NCBI GenBank assembly: GCA_963793305.1
Contig: CAWBZV010000003.1
Location: 160,001-224,000, forward strand
Source of the DNA: an uncultured Gemmatimonadales bacterium
GTDB taxonomy: Bacteria; Gemmatimonadota; Gemmatimonadetes; Gemmatimonadales; Gemmatimonadaceae
Reading direction: 5' to 3'
DNA: 64,000 bases
Shown one piece after another: positions 9,401-18,331 of the stretch; positions within the stretch are counted from its first letter, which is position 1; each line of letters opens with the position of its first letter. The translations under genes and the position numbers were made by a program. The notes under the pieces are model-generated. The model worked only from the letters and a program-made list of their open reading frames with translations. It searched no databases and had not been told where the DNA came from.

Positions 9401-11883
9401 CGCTGATTACGCGACGCGGATTCACGACCGTGAGCGTCTACGACGCGCTCAACCGGCTGGCGAGCAAGATCGTGCAGAGCTACACCGCGGCGAAGGACAG
9501 CATTGGCATTCCGGCCGATGTCGTGGAGGGAGCCGGCTTCGATATGCCGGCTCACCAGGCGACGTCGTACGGCGTGAACGGATACACGCCATACATCTCG
9601 CTCCCGTATGGCGGTCAAACGGTGCACGGCGATACCGTGACGTTCCAATACGATCCCGTCGGGCGGATCATCGAAGCCGACAATGTCAACGCGAAGATCA
9701 CCCGGCAGTATTACCCAAACGGCACCCTGCAGTCAGAGACGCAACGCGTCCGCACGCTGCCGGACTCCGGCGCGGTCGGCAGCTTTACCAAACACGTCTA
9801 CACGATCGGCTATCACTACGATCGCGATGGTCGCCGCGACTCGCTGTACTACCCCACGCAACTCGCCACCGCGAGTCAGAACGGTCCCGTTGGCACCACG
9901 CAATCGTACGCGTACAACGACACAACGGGATGGCTGGCATCGACCACCGACGCGGCGGGGCTGACGGCCACATTCACGTATACGGGGCGAGGCGATCTCG
10001 CGCTGGTCCAATACCCGTTGTGGCAATACCAGCAGGCCCGGAAATATGACAACGACGGGAACATCACGTCGGACACGGTCGACCAGTATGGGTCCTCCCA
10101 CACAGCCTATCGGGCGGCCACGTTCGCCTACGACGGGCGCGATAAGCTGCTGTACAGCGCCAACGCGGTCAATCTCCGGGATACGCTGCGGGCGTACTAC
10201 ACGGGTCTCGGGTACGTCGCGCGTGACACCTCGCGCGATTACCACACGGGGACACTCGCCATCGTTGGCGAAGACTTCCGGTACGACGCGCTCGGCAACC
10301 GGATGGTCGACACGACGTTCAGCAGCTCGGTCGAGCAGCTCGGTTCCGATAGCGGCTACACCATCAAAGCCTGGGATTATCAGGCTGGTACCGGTTGGTT
10401 GACGAGCGCCGGCGACTACGCGAATTCGGCCGTCGAGACGTACCAATACGACCAATCGGGCAATACGACGTTCGACTACGTCAGTGGATATAATCTCGTC
10501 GGGAATGTCACGCCGCAGATCCACGACCGCGCATCGTTTTATGATGCCGAGGAGCGTCTGGTCGAAGCCGACTATCGAACGATCACGGACGCGTACGACC
10601 CGATCTTCTCACTGACGCGGGCGGATGAAGTGTCCCGCTACGACGCGCTCGGCCGCCGCGTCCTGGTGCACGCCAGTCGCACCTGCGGTCCGTACCAGGC
10701 CATCGGCGTGCAACCGTTGTACCGGCCGGACGACTGCCGACGCAGCTTCGTGCGCCGAACCGTGTATGACGGGAACCAGGAGCTCGCGGAGTTCATGGCG
10801 CGCGACTCGATTCCGTTGACTGCGGAAATGGATTCCGGCGTCGTGCGGGACAGCGTCGACCGGAATGGTGGAGAGGCGACGGTTGACAACAACCCGTTTT
10901 TTGGTCAGGTCATATACACCCACGCCCTCGGCGTCGACCAGCCGATCGATGTGATCCGCCTCAACTGGGCGAATCGGACCGACAGCATAGGAAACAGCCT
11001 GGCGTACTACGTCTTTCCACCGCTGGTCTTCGCACCACTCTGGAACGTCCACGGTCGCAACGATTACAACTTGGGCGGATCAGTCGTCAGCGGCGCGATC
11101 TCCACCAACTACTGCTTCACGGTGCAGAGCCAGAATCGGTGTCCCAACTTCCCCATCGAGCCGGGGTTCGCGGCGTACAACAACGTTCCGACCGGCGCCG
11201 CCGTCGAGTGGTTCGGCACGTTGCTCGAAGACAAATTCGACCAAACGCTCACGCAATACCGGCGCGCGCGGGCCTACGATCCGGTGACGGGACGATTCAC
11301 TCAGCCCGATCCCATCGGTCTCGCCGGTGGCATTAACGACTATGGGTTCGCGAGTGGCGATCCGGTCAACTACTCGGACCCGTTTGGGCTGTGCCCGCCC
11401 GCAGACAAGAATTACAGCACGTGTAAACACGGATCCCCGGAGTGGGCGGAGGGGGCAAATCGCACACAGACCAATGTTGCCCACACCTCCGTGAATCCCG
11501 TAGTATTCGTGGGCGTTTCGGCGGCACTAAGTCCGGGCGCCGGTGTTGTCGCCTCGGCCGGGATCTACGCGGATCGATATGGTTCCGGTTTTTATTTCAC
11601 GCTCGGCTTCAGCGTCGGGCTCAACATTGGACTAGGTGGCGAGGTGGGTGGGTCTACGTCGGCGACGGCGATGGGCGGCGATTCGGAGGGAGGATGCGCC
11701 GGTCGTCTCATTTCAGGGTGTGCAACTGAAAACAGCGCCGGTCACACGTACTCAGCCAGCGCGGGTTTGGGCTTCCCATACACAGGCGCTGCGGTGTCGA
11801 CGACCACATTTCTTTCGCCCACGGCGCCGCCGGTCTGCGCGGGCTCGTCCAAGCCACAATGCCAACGGATGCCCGGACCGTGA
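6436..11883 (+). CDS. Secreted RHS/YD-repeat polymorphic toxin with N-terminal Ig-like domains
   Basis: Sec signal peptide; Thr-rich Ig-like region (FTVKNTGN); many YD repeats; RHS core RARAYDPVTGRFTQPDPIGLAGG...GDPVNYSDPFGL; 163-aa C-terminal extension. Confidence 0.93.
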   Translation: MSPRRWLCALLTLVASISAIATLAPRASAQQEGVIGKPRPFICTPGQPGCHTYPPSVTISPGTSSYFSPTLAVTVTFCDSVSFSADTIYLNNVNKTSTLTETTPSGTGQCAVQRKYTGNITLVAGSNTLRAVAYNDFSGNLTSTSGSVTYTYTVPTYSVTVTPTVTQENVSPGQNGTLTFTVKNTGNVTNSFTFTPDCSGVVVASCGTPSPASASNLASGGTVSVTEPFTVSNAAGSSGSVGISAAGSGGANGAGTTTITTLPAAGLDVVDANPGASFNRTNCLTVRVAPRSAFECGDLRITHPMGSIRTYGKLRTPTLIYNWRFATPAPNIGALLTIPAGSSSLDSVNGTLYIWPHNQPSMSQVAMTGWWSGAEWNHALTQVTRRIQLSWGGYISASGYYDFAFATKRHYGTVLAQDSSVGHFVFVNRWTSPFGAGWWLAGYESIQFYSDGISWIGGDGSTQWYTRPGNTGSVWYPQTYVGERDSITQNGSQYVRSAAHGAQVVFNSLGQHVQTIDRLGHATTFAVHTGASRLDTLTVPTPTGKVSYYFFYRGDAGVADTTLVEVEAPAGLTIFADTLEATGATKSFSSIADIDGFHTYFSYDPDGGGQTRILTRIDRLGTTTLFSFGMGGENLGFTTIQMQQGAGHDIEHTFSTENGFGQAAPWIPESQTHSANPDSVSVQINGPRFNAMDGDSTDYTIVWIDRWWQPDSIQDAHRNMTRLTRANATYPAAVTRTQYPDGRIVGATYDARGNPASVTDSSMQVAGAYPTTTYQFDGRWDFDTLTTLPLGETIHDSLDALGNVAWHQLGMSTAHRTVFNYADPCGLVQHVTEPGSTQPWAYQYDGTLCNLSIRTTPNVYYTDIATDALGRVTSVRTAIDSNDKNQPPNNPSVESHYYDLMDRDTLTTTTGPAEATIPGSTAQTISVERKYDYEGNVVAVNRTASPDSNQIGTLHTATVYDRAYRPIADTAVNGAVTTRKFDPAGNLDTLITRRGFTTVSVYDALNRLASKIVQSYTAAKDSIGIPADVVEGAGFDMPAHQATSYGVNGYTPYISLPYGGQTVHGDTVTFQYDPVGRIIEADNVNAKITRQYYPNGTLQSETQRVRTLPDSGAVGSFTKHVYTIGYHYDRDGRRDSLYYPTQLATASQNGPVGTTQSYAYNDTTGWLASTTDAAGLTATFTYTGRGDLALVQYPLWQYQQARKYDNDGNITSDTVDQYGSSHTAYRAATFAYDGRDKLLYSANAVNLRDTLRAYYTGLGYVARDTSRDYHTGTLAIVGEDFRYDALGNRMVDTTFSSSVEQLGSDSGYTIKAWDYQAGTGWLTSAGDYANSAVETYQYDQSGNTTFDYVSGYNLVGNVTPQIHDRASFYDAEERLVEADYRTITDAYDPIFSLTRADEVSRYDALGRRVLVHASRTCGPYQAIGVQPLYRPDDCRRSFVRRTVYDGNQELAEFMARDSIPLTAEMDSGVVRDSVDRNGGEATVDNNPFFGQVIYTHALGVDQPIDVIRLNWANRTDSIGNSLAYYVFPPLVFAPLWNVHGRNDYNLGGSVVSGAISTNYCFTVQSQNRCPNFPIEPGFAAYNNVPTGAAVEWFGTLLEDKFDQTLTQYRRARAYDPVTGRFTQPDPIGLAGGINDYGFASGDPVNYSDPFGLCPPADKNYSTCKHGSPEWAEGANRTQTNVAHTSVNPVVFVGVSAALSPGAGVVASAGIYADRYGSGFYFTLGFSVGLNIGLGGEVGGSTSATAMGGDSEGGCAGRLISGCATENSAGHTYSASAGLGFPYTGAAVSTTTFLSPTAPPVCAGSSKPQCQRMPGP

Positions 11884-12143
11884 CGGCTCGCGTCATCGCA
11901 GGGTGGGCCGTCGTCGGGTTGGCGTTCATGAACTCGATATTCTGGCAGGACCGCCTCGCGGCCTTCCGCAAAGATCGCCGTTGGGAGCGCAGTACGTTCG
12001 GCGAATCATTCGATCTCAATTGGGAGGTGCTCAATCGGTCGAACTATTCTGCCGAAGGCCGGACGACGTACCTCATCTTCGTGATTTCCATAGTCGTATT
12101 CTGGGCAGCGCTCGCCGTCGCGGCATACTGGACGTGGAGGTGA
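11880..12143 (+). CDS. Putative RHS immunity protein (2 TM)
   Basis: GTGA overlap with the RHS stop; 87 aa with hydrophobic helices at both ends. Confidence 0.6.
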   Translation: MTARVIAGWAVVGLAFMNSIFWQDRLAAFRKDRRWERSTFGESFDLNWEVLNRSNYSAEGRTTYLIFVISIVVFWAALAVAAYWTWR

Positions 12144-13076
12144 TCAGCCCTCGAGCCGCAGGAGCGGCTCGAGGGCTAGCTCGGCAACACGAGCGAGTCC
12201 TGTCGAACCCCGTTCAAAAACGCCGTGACGACGTTCGATGAAATCGTCGGGACACTCGTCGTGCGGCAGATCGCCGGCGGCCTCGATGACGGCCGCGTCG
12301 GTTGAGGGACGCGCGGCGCGGAAGGCGCGCAGGTCGGCGAGGGCGGTGAGGTACGGGTGCGCGCCCCAGATCAGGAGCGTGGGCTGGGAGAGCGTCGGCC
12401 AGATGCGCTTCACGTCGAGCGAGAGCTGCCGCGCGAGGAACGCCGAGGGCGCGCGGTGGGCGCCGGGCTGGTGCGCGCTCCGGTGGAAGTGCTCGATCGT
12501 GTCGTCGCTCGCGCGCGTGGCGTAGGCATAGGACTGCGTGAGATCGCGACGGAGCGCGGCGCGCGAGGTGACGAGGCTATACGCGGCCCTCATCGGCAAT
12601 CGGAGGAGCGCACCCCACCGTCCCGAGTTGCGCGCCGAGCGCGTGTAGCCCGTGGGCTGGATGAGCGCGAGTGCGGCGACGCGCTCGGGGTGTCGCGCCG
12701 CGACAGCCATCGCGTAGGTGGCGCCGAGGGCGTTGCCAATGACGGTGCACGGCGCGGCGACGTTGCGGAGGAAGTCGCTCAGCAGGTCGACGTAGAGGTC
12801 AGGTGAATAGCGCACCGCCGGACGATCGGACCGGCCGAAGCCGAGCAAGTCGATCGTGTACACGGTGTGCCGCGCGGCGAGCGCGTCGACGACGCGCCGC
12901 CACTCATACGCCGATGCGGCGGCATAGATGCCGTGGACGAGGAGGAGCGCCGGGCCGTTGCCCCGGGCCGTGTACGACACCCGGTAGCCGCGCCACGGAT
13001 ACCACCGCTCGGAGCCACCGACCAGGTTCCCGAGCGGGCTCACTCTCCGCCGCAACCACCGAGAAACGACTCCCAT
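12144..13076 (-). CDS. Alpha/beta fold hydrolase (apparent +1 frameshift near 12233; corrected stop about 12176)
   Basis: LLLVHG, IDLLGFGRSDRP, GNALGA at the nucleophile elbow, PTLLIWG, LPHDE. Confidence 0.85.
   Translation of the reverse strand: MGVVSRWLRRRVSPLGNLVGGSERWYPWRGYRVSYTARGNGPALLLVHGIYAAASAYEWRRVVDALAARHTVYTIDLLGFGRSDRPAVRYSPDLYVDLLSDFLRNVAAPCTVIGNALGATYAMAVAARHPERVAALALIQPTGYTRSARNSGRWGALLRLPMRAAYSLVTSRAALRRDLTQSYAYATRASDDTIEHFHRSAHQPGAHRAPSAFLARQLSLDVKRIWPTLSQPTLLIWGAHPYLTALADLRAFRAARPSTDAAVIEAAGDLPHDECPDDFIERRHGVFERGSTGLARVAELALEPLLRLEG
12146..12177. terminator. Bidirectional terminator-like hairpin
   Basis: Perfect 14-bp stem AGCCCTCGAGCCGC-AGGA-GCGGCTCGAGGGCT between convergent genes; no clear U-tract. 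Confidence 0.65.
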
Positions 13077-13088
13077 ACTCCCCGTACA

Positions 13089-13421
13089 CTACCCGATTCT
13101 TGTCCCGTTCGCGACCGGCTGATCGACGGCCAAGAGCACGACTTCGGTCGGGCTCGGCATCGCGCCGAGCACGAGTACTTCACTGGCGAATCCGGCGATG
13201 CGACGGGGCGGAAAATTCACAACGGCCACGACTTGGCGGCCGACGAGCGTCGCCGGCTCGTAGTGGACGGTGAGCTGGGCGCTCGACCGCCGAACGCCGA
13301 GGTCGGGCCCGAAGTCTATGACCATCTTGATCGATGGCTTGCGCGCCTCCGGAAATGGCGCAGCTTCGAGGACGGTGCCGACCCGAATATCGATTGCTCC
13401 AAATTCTTCGATCGTAGCCAT
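13089..13421 (-). CDS. csaA: tRNA-binding / export chaperone CsaA
   Basis: DIRVGTV, FPEARKP, SSAQLT, VVNFPPRRIAGFASEVLVLG. Confidence 0.92.
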   Translation of the reverse strand: MATIEEFGAIDIRVGTVLEAAPFPEARKPSIKMVIDFGPDLGVRRSSAQLTVHYEPATLVGRQVVAVVNFPPRRIAGFASEVLVLGAMPSPTEVVLLAVDQPVANGTRIG

Positions 13422-13479
13422 GGGGCAACGTTGGGAGAATCTCGTGCGTACCGAGTCTTAACCTACTCGAAAAGAGCTG

Positions 13480-15087
13480 ATGACAGACCGTCGAGCGTTC
13501 CTCAAGCAGAGTGCCGCACTCGCCGCCCTGACCGCAACTGGCGGCCGGACCTCGCGGGCCGTAGACGCCGCGCTCCGCGTCTTCTACGACCCGCCAGAAG
13601 TGAAGGCCTTGCTCATGACGGCACTGAACGCCGCCAAGACAGCGGGAGCCGGTTACGCCGACGTGCGCGTCGGCCGCTGGCGCACGAATTTCGTGTTCAC
13701 GCGCGAACATCAGATCCTGAACGTCGTCGACAACGACACGATCGGCTGCGGCGTCCGCGTGCTCGTCGACGGCACGTGGGGATTCGCGGCAACGCACGAT
13801 CTCACGCAGGATGGCGTCGCGGCAGCCGCGAAAAAGGCCGTCGCCACGGCGCGTTCTCTTCGGGTCGCGCGCGACCAGCCCGTCGAATTGGCGCCGACGC
13901 CGGCATACACCGATGTCAACTGGACGAACGGATTCGCCACCGACCCCTTCGACATCCCGGTCGAGCAGAAAGTCGACGTCCTGCTCAAGGCGAACGCCGA
14001 GGCGCTCAAAGTCCCGGACGTCAAGTTCGTGAACAGCGGCCTGCAATTCGTGAAGGAAGAACGACACTTCGCGTCGACCGAGGGCTCGGTGATCACGCAG
14101 ACGGTCGTGCGGACCGGTCCGACGATGACCATCACGGCGATCTCGAGCGATCGCACCGACTTCCAAAATCGCGGCAACGTCGCGGCGCCGATGGGCAAGG
14201 GCTGGGAGTACGTCCTCGAGACCGACATGGTCGGCCACGCGCAAAAGTGGGCGGAGGAAGCGGCCGAGAAGCTCAAGGCCAAGCCAGTGGAAGTCGGACG
14301 CTACGACCTCGTGCTGCACCCCTCGACGCTCTGGCTCCCGATCCACGAGTCGATCGGTCATCCGACCGAGCTCGACCGAGCCGACGGCTACGAGGCCGAC
14401 TTCGCCGGCACCAGCTTCGTGTCGCCGCCCGAGAAAGTGCTTGGCCAGCTCAAGTACGGCTCTGATCTCATGAACATTCAGGGCGACCGGTCGCAGCAGG
14501 GCGGCCTGTCGACGATCGGGTACGACGACGAGGGCGTCAAGCCCGACACGTTCATGATCATCAAGAAGGGCGTGTTCTCCGACTACCAAACCACCCGCGA
14601 GCAGGCCAACTGGCTCAAATGGTGGTACGACAAGACCGGTCGCCCGACGCGCTCGCACGGGTGCTCGTACGCGCAGGGGTGGCAGAACGTGCAGTTCCAG
14701 CGCATGCCCAACGTGTCGCTCCTCCCAGGAGAGAAGGACAACACGTGGGAGGATCTCATCGCCGCCACGGACCGCGGCATCGCGATCATGGGCGATGGGT
14801 CGTTCTCTATCGACCAGCAGCGCTACAACGCCCAGTTCAGCGGCCAGGTCTTCTACGAGATCAAGGGCGGGAAGCTCAACGGAATGCTCAAGGATGTCGC
14901 GTACCAATTCCGCACACCGGACTTCTGGAACTCGATGAACATGATCGGCGGCAAACGCAGCTATGAGTTAGGCGGCGCGTTTACGGACGGCAAAGGACAG
15001 CCACCGCAGGCCAACGCGGTGAGTCATGGGTGCGTGCCCGCGCGGTTCGCCCAAGTCAACGTCATCAACACCGGGAGAAAATCGTGA
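13480..15087 (+). CDS. tldD: TldD-family metalloprotease with twin-arginine signal peptide
   Basis: MTDRRAFLK Tat motif; HESIGH zinc motif; YDDEGV; RMPNVSL; DGKGQP...SHGC. Confidence 0.88.
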   Translation: MTDRRAFLKQSAALAALTATGGRTSRAVDAALRVFYDPPEVKALLMTALNAAKTAGAGYADVRVGRWRTNFVFTREHQILNVVDNDTIGCGVRVLVDGTWGFAATHDLTQDGVAAAAKKAVATARSLRVARDQPVELAPTPAYTDVNWTNGFATDPFDIPVEQKVDVLLKANAEALKVPDVKFVNSGLQFVKEERHFASTEGSVITQTVVRTGPTMTITAISSDRTDFQNRGNVAAPMGKGWEYVLETDMVGHAQKWAEEAAEKLKAKPVEVGRYDLVLHPSTLWLPIHESIGHPTELDRADGYEADFAGTSFVSPPEKVLGQLKYGSDLMNIQGDRSQQGGLSTIGYDDEGVKPDTFMIIKKGVFSDYQTTREQANWLKWWYDKTGRPTRSHGCSYAQGWQNVQFQRMPNVSLLPGEKDNTWEDLIAATDRGIAIMGDGSFSIDQQRYNAQFSGQVFYEIKGGKLNGMLKDVAYQFRTPDFWNSMNMIGGKRSYELGGAFTDGKGQPPQANAVSHGCVPARFAQVNVINTGRKS

Positions 15088-15137
15088 GCGACGCCGCTCC
15101 GCGGCGCGTCGAGCATCGCTCCGCGCTGCACGACTGG

Positions 15138-15188
15138 TCGGTTCTCCTCCGGGGGGCAAACCCCAAGAGCGCCCCCCGGACCCCCCCA
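15138..15188. repeat. REP-like GC-rich palindromic element between tldD and tldE
   Basis: TCCGGGGGGC-N13-GCCCCCCGGA perfect 10-bp inverted repeat (15148-15180) followed by a C run. Confidence 0.45.
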
Positions 15189-15199
15189 TCTAGGTAATT

Positions 15200-16576
15200 A
15201 TGAGCGACTCTTTTGCGGTCCTCTCGCGCGATGAGATGCAGTCGATCGTCGACAAGACGATCGCGGCGTCCAAAGCGGACTCGATCAGCGTCGTCGTCAC
15301 GTCGAGCGTCACCGGCAACACCCGCTTCGCGGCGAACCAGCTCTCGACCTCCGGCGAGATCAGCGACACGACGGTCGCGATCGAAAGCCACTTCGGCCCC
15401 AAGCACGCCGTCGTGACGACGAATGATCTCACGAACGAAGGCCTCACCGCCGCCGTCTCCAAGTCCGAGGTCATCGCCAAGCTCGCGCCCGACGATCCGG
15501 AGAACATGCCGTCGCTCGGCACGCAGCAGTACACGCCGGTGGGCGCCTACTTCGATGACACGTCGGCCTTGACCGCGGGCGACCGCGCGAAAGCCGCGCT
15601 GACGGCGCTGGAGATGACCCGCAAGGAGAAGGGCATCACGTCCGCGGGATTCATTAACACCGGATCCCACGCTCGTCTCCACGGCAACAAGTCAGGTCTC
15701 GCGGCGTATCACCGCAACACGACCGCGAACTACACGTTGACCGTGCGGACCACTGACGGCACGGGATCGGGTTGGGCTGGTGGCGACAACGATGACTGGA
15801 GCAAGATCGATTTTGCGGCGATCGCTACGCGCGCGGCCGAGAAAGCACGCGCGAGCCGGAACCCGGTCGCCATCGAGCCTGGTCGCTACACCGTTATCCT
15901 GGAGCCCCAAGCCGTCGGCGATCTCGTCCAGCTGACCGCGTTTGGACTCCAAGCGCGGACCGCGGACGAAGGCCGGAGTCCGTTCGCCAAGGCAGGCGGC
16001 GGGAACAAAGTCGGCGACAAGGTGGCCCACGAGAGCGTCACGTTGTTCTCGGATCCCACGGACTCGCAGCTGCTCTCCCAGCCGTTCGACAACGACGGCT
16101 ACCCACTCAGCCGTCAGGTATGGATCGAGAACGGCGTCCTCAAGCAGCTCGCCTACACCCGATTCTGGGCGCAGAAACAAGGGAAGCCGTTCAACGGGAA
16201 TCCGTTCGGTGGAGGCGGGTTCGGGGGTAATGCGCCCCTGAAACTGACCGGCGGAACGACCTCGCTCGAGGACATGATCAAAGGCACCGATCGCGGCGTG
16301 CTCGTCACCCGATTCTGGTATCTGCGAATGGTTGATCCCAGAGTCTTGTTGATCACGGGGCTGACCCGCGACGGGACATTCTTGATCGAGCAGGGCAAGA
16401 TCTCAAAGGCAGTCAAGAACTTCCGGTTCAACGACTCGCCGCTGTTCCTCATGGCCAACGCCGACGCCATTGGCCCCGCGGTTCGGCTCGCTGGGACCGA
16501 GATCGGCGGCGACATCGTCATGCCGCCGGTTAAGGCGCATGATTTCAACTTTACTTCGCTATCGGACGCAGTCTAA
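15200..16576 (+). CDS. TldE/PmbA-family non-catalytic partner
   Basis: NTRFAAN, EPGRYTVILEPQAVGDL, GVLVTRFWY, TGLTRDGTFLIE, NFRFNDSP; no HExxxH motif and no signal peptide. Confidence 0.85.
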   Translation: MSDSFAVLSRDEMQSIVDKTIAASKADSISVVVTSSVTGNTRFAANQLSTSGEISDTTVAIESHFGPKHAVVTTNDLTNEGLTAAVSKSEVIAKLAPDDPENMPSLGTQQYTPVGAYFDDTSALTAGDRAKAALTALEMTRKEKGITSAGFINTGSHARLHGNKSGLAAYHRNTTANYTLTVRTTDGTGSGWAGGDNDDWSKIDFAAIATRAAEKARASRNPVAIEPGRYTVILEPQAVGDLVQLTAFGLQARTADEGRSPFAKAGGGNKVGDKVAHESVTLFSDPTDSQLLSQPFDNDGYPLSRQVWIENGVLKQLAYTRFWAQKQGKPFNGNPFGGGGFGGNAPLKLTGGTTSLEDMIKGTDRGVLVTRFWYLRMVDPRVLLITGLTRDGTFLIEQGKISKAVKNFRFNDSPLFLMANADAIGPAVRLAGTEIGGDIVMPPVKAHDFNFTSLSDAV

Positions 16577-16599
16577 ATCCTATCCGAATGGGCAATAGC

Positions 16600-16641
16600 A
16601 GGCGCCGGGGGAACTGCGTACCGTTTCCGGCGCCTTCTCTT
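16600..16641 (+). terminator. Putative intrinsic terminator after tldE
   Basis: AGGCGCCGG...CCGGCGCCT stem followed by TCTCTT. Confidence 0.5.
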
Positions 16642-16660
16642 ATACGGTTAGGTTTAAACT

Positions 16661-18331
16661 GTGGCGAAACCCATTCTCCTATCGGTCGACGACGACCCGG
16701 AAGTCTCACGGGCCGTCGAGCGTGATCTCCGGCGAAAGTTCGGCGGCGACTATCGCGTAATGCGCGCCGAGTCGGGTCCAGCAGCCCTGGACGCGCTCGA
16801 AAAGCTGACGCTTCGCGGTGATCAGGTCGCCTTGCTGCTCGTGGATCAGCGTATGCCGGTCATGACCGGCGTCGAGTTCCTGGAGCGGGCCCTCAAGATT
16901 TACCCGAAGGCCAAGCGGGTGCTGCTGACCGCCTACGCCGATACCGACGCGGCGATCCGAGCGATCAATAGCGTCCGCATCGACTACTACCTCATCAAGC
17001 CGTGGGACCCGCCCGAGCAGAACCTCTATCCGTTTCTGACGGATCTGCTCGAGGATTGGAAGGGCGCGAACCGCCCGCCGTTCGACGGCATCCGCGTCAT
17101 CGGACACCGGTGGTCTCCGCAGTCTCATGCGTTGCGCGAGTTCCTGGGGCGCAACCTGATCCCCTACCAGTGGATCGACCTCGACGCGTCCAGCGAGGGC
17201 GCGTCGCTCGTCGAGCGCGCGGCCCAAGCTGCCGGCGGTGAACGGCCGAAGCTGCCGCTCGTGCTCTTCGCCGACGGCGTTCAGCTCGGTGATCCGGACC
17301 CCACGGCGGTCGCCGAGAAAGTCGGCCTCAAAACGCGCGCCGAGAAGCCCTTTTATGATCTCGCCGTTGTCGGCGCCGGCCCCGCGGGCCTGGCGGCCGC
17401 GGTCTATGGCGCGTCTGAAGGCCTCAAAACGATCATCGTGGAACGCGAGGCGCCCGGTGGCCAAGCGGGCACCAGCTCGCGGATCGAGAACTATCTGGGG
17501 TTCCCCGCCGGGCTCTCGGGAGCAGATCTGACCCGGCGCGGCGTGGCACAGGCCAGAAAATTCGGCGCCGAGATTCTCAACCCGCAAGAAGTCCGAAAAG
17601 TCCGGATCGAGGGGCAGTATCGCGTTCTGACACTTGGCGACGGTAGCGAGATCAGCGCGCGCGTGGTCGTCGTCGCCACGGGCGTTTCGTACCGGATGCT
17701 CGATATCCCGGGCGCCGAGGCGTTGACTGGCGCCGGGATGTACTACGGCGCCTCGACGGCCGAGGCGATCAACTGTCGCGATGAAGACGTCTACATCGTG
17801 GGCGGCGGGAATTCGGCCGGCCAGGCGGCCATGTTCTTCGCCCAGTTCGCGCGCCAGGTCACGATCCTCGTGCGCGGCTCTGGACTCGGCGCGACGATGT
17901 CCCAATACCTGGTAGACCAGATCGCGGCCACCCCGAACATTCGGGTGGAACCGCGCACACAGGTCGTCTCCGTCACCGGCAATGATCACCTGGAGTGCAT
18001 CACCGTCGAGTGCGCGGACCAGCAACGACAAGTGCGTCAGACCAACTCTTTGTTCGTGTTCATTGGCGCGGCGCCGCGCACCGATTTCCTCGGTGACACG
18101 GTGATGCGCGACAAGAATGGATTCATCATGACGGGTCCCGATCTCATCGTAGACGGCAAACGCCCGCCCGGATGGCCGCTCGATCGCGATCCATTCTTAC
18201 TCGAAGCGAGCGTCCCCGGCATCTTCTGCGCCGGTGACGTGCGACACCAGTCGATCAAGCGCGTGGCATCGGCGGTCGGCGAGGGATCGATCGCCGTGCA
18301 GTTCACGCATCAGTATTTAGCGCAGGCATAA
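16661..18331 (+). CDS. Response-regulator receiver - glutaredoxin-like - thioredoxin reductase-like FAD oxidoreductase fusion
   Basis: REC (SVDDD, DQRMP, LLTAY, KPW); Grx-like WSPQSHALREFLGRN; GAGPAGLAAAVY, SSRIENYLGFP, GGGNSAGQAA, AGDVR...VGEG. Confidence 0.9.
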   Translation: MAKPILLSVDDDPEVSRAVERDLRRKFGGDYRVMRAESGPAALDALEKLTLRGDQVALLLVDQRMPVMTGVEFLERALKIYPKAKRVLLTAYADTDAAIRAINSVRIDYYLIKPWDPPEQNLYPFLTDLLEDWKGANRPPFDGIRVIGHRWSPQSHALREFLGRNLIPYQWIDLDASSEGASLVERAAQAAGGERPKLPLVLFADGVQLGDPDPTAVAEKVGLKTRAEKPFYDLAVVGAGPAGLAAAVYGASEGLKTIIVEREAPGGQAGTSSRIENYLGFPAGLSGADLTRRGVAQARKFGAEILNPQEVRKVRIEGQYRVLTLGDGSEISARVVVVATGVSYRMLDIPGAEALTGAGMYYGASTAEAINCRDEDVYIVGGGNSAGQAAMFFAQFARQVTILVRGSGLGATMSQYLVDQIAATPNIRVEPRTQVVSVTGNDHLECITVECADQQRQVRQTNSLFVFIGAAPRTDFLGDTVMRDKNGFIMTGPDLIVDGKRPPGWPLDRDPFLLEASVPGIFCAGDVRHQSIKRVASAVGEGSIAVQFTHQYLAQA

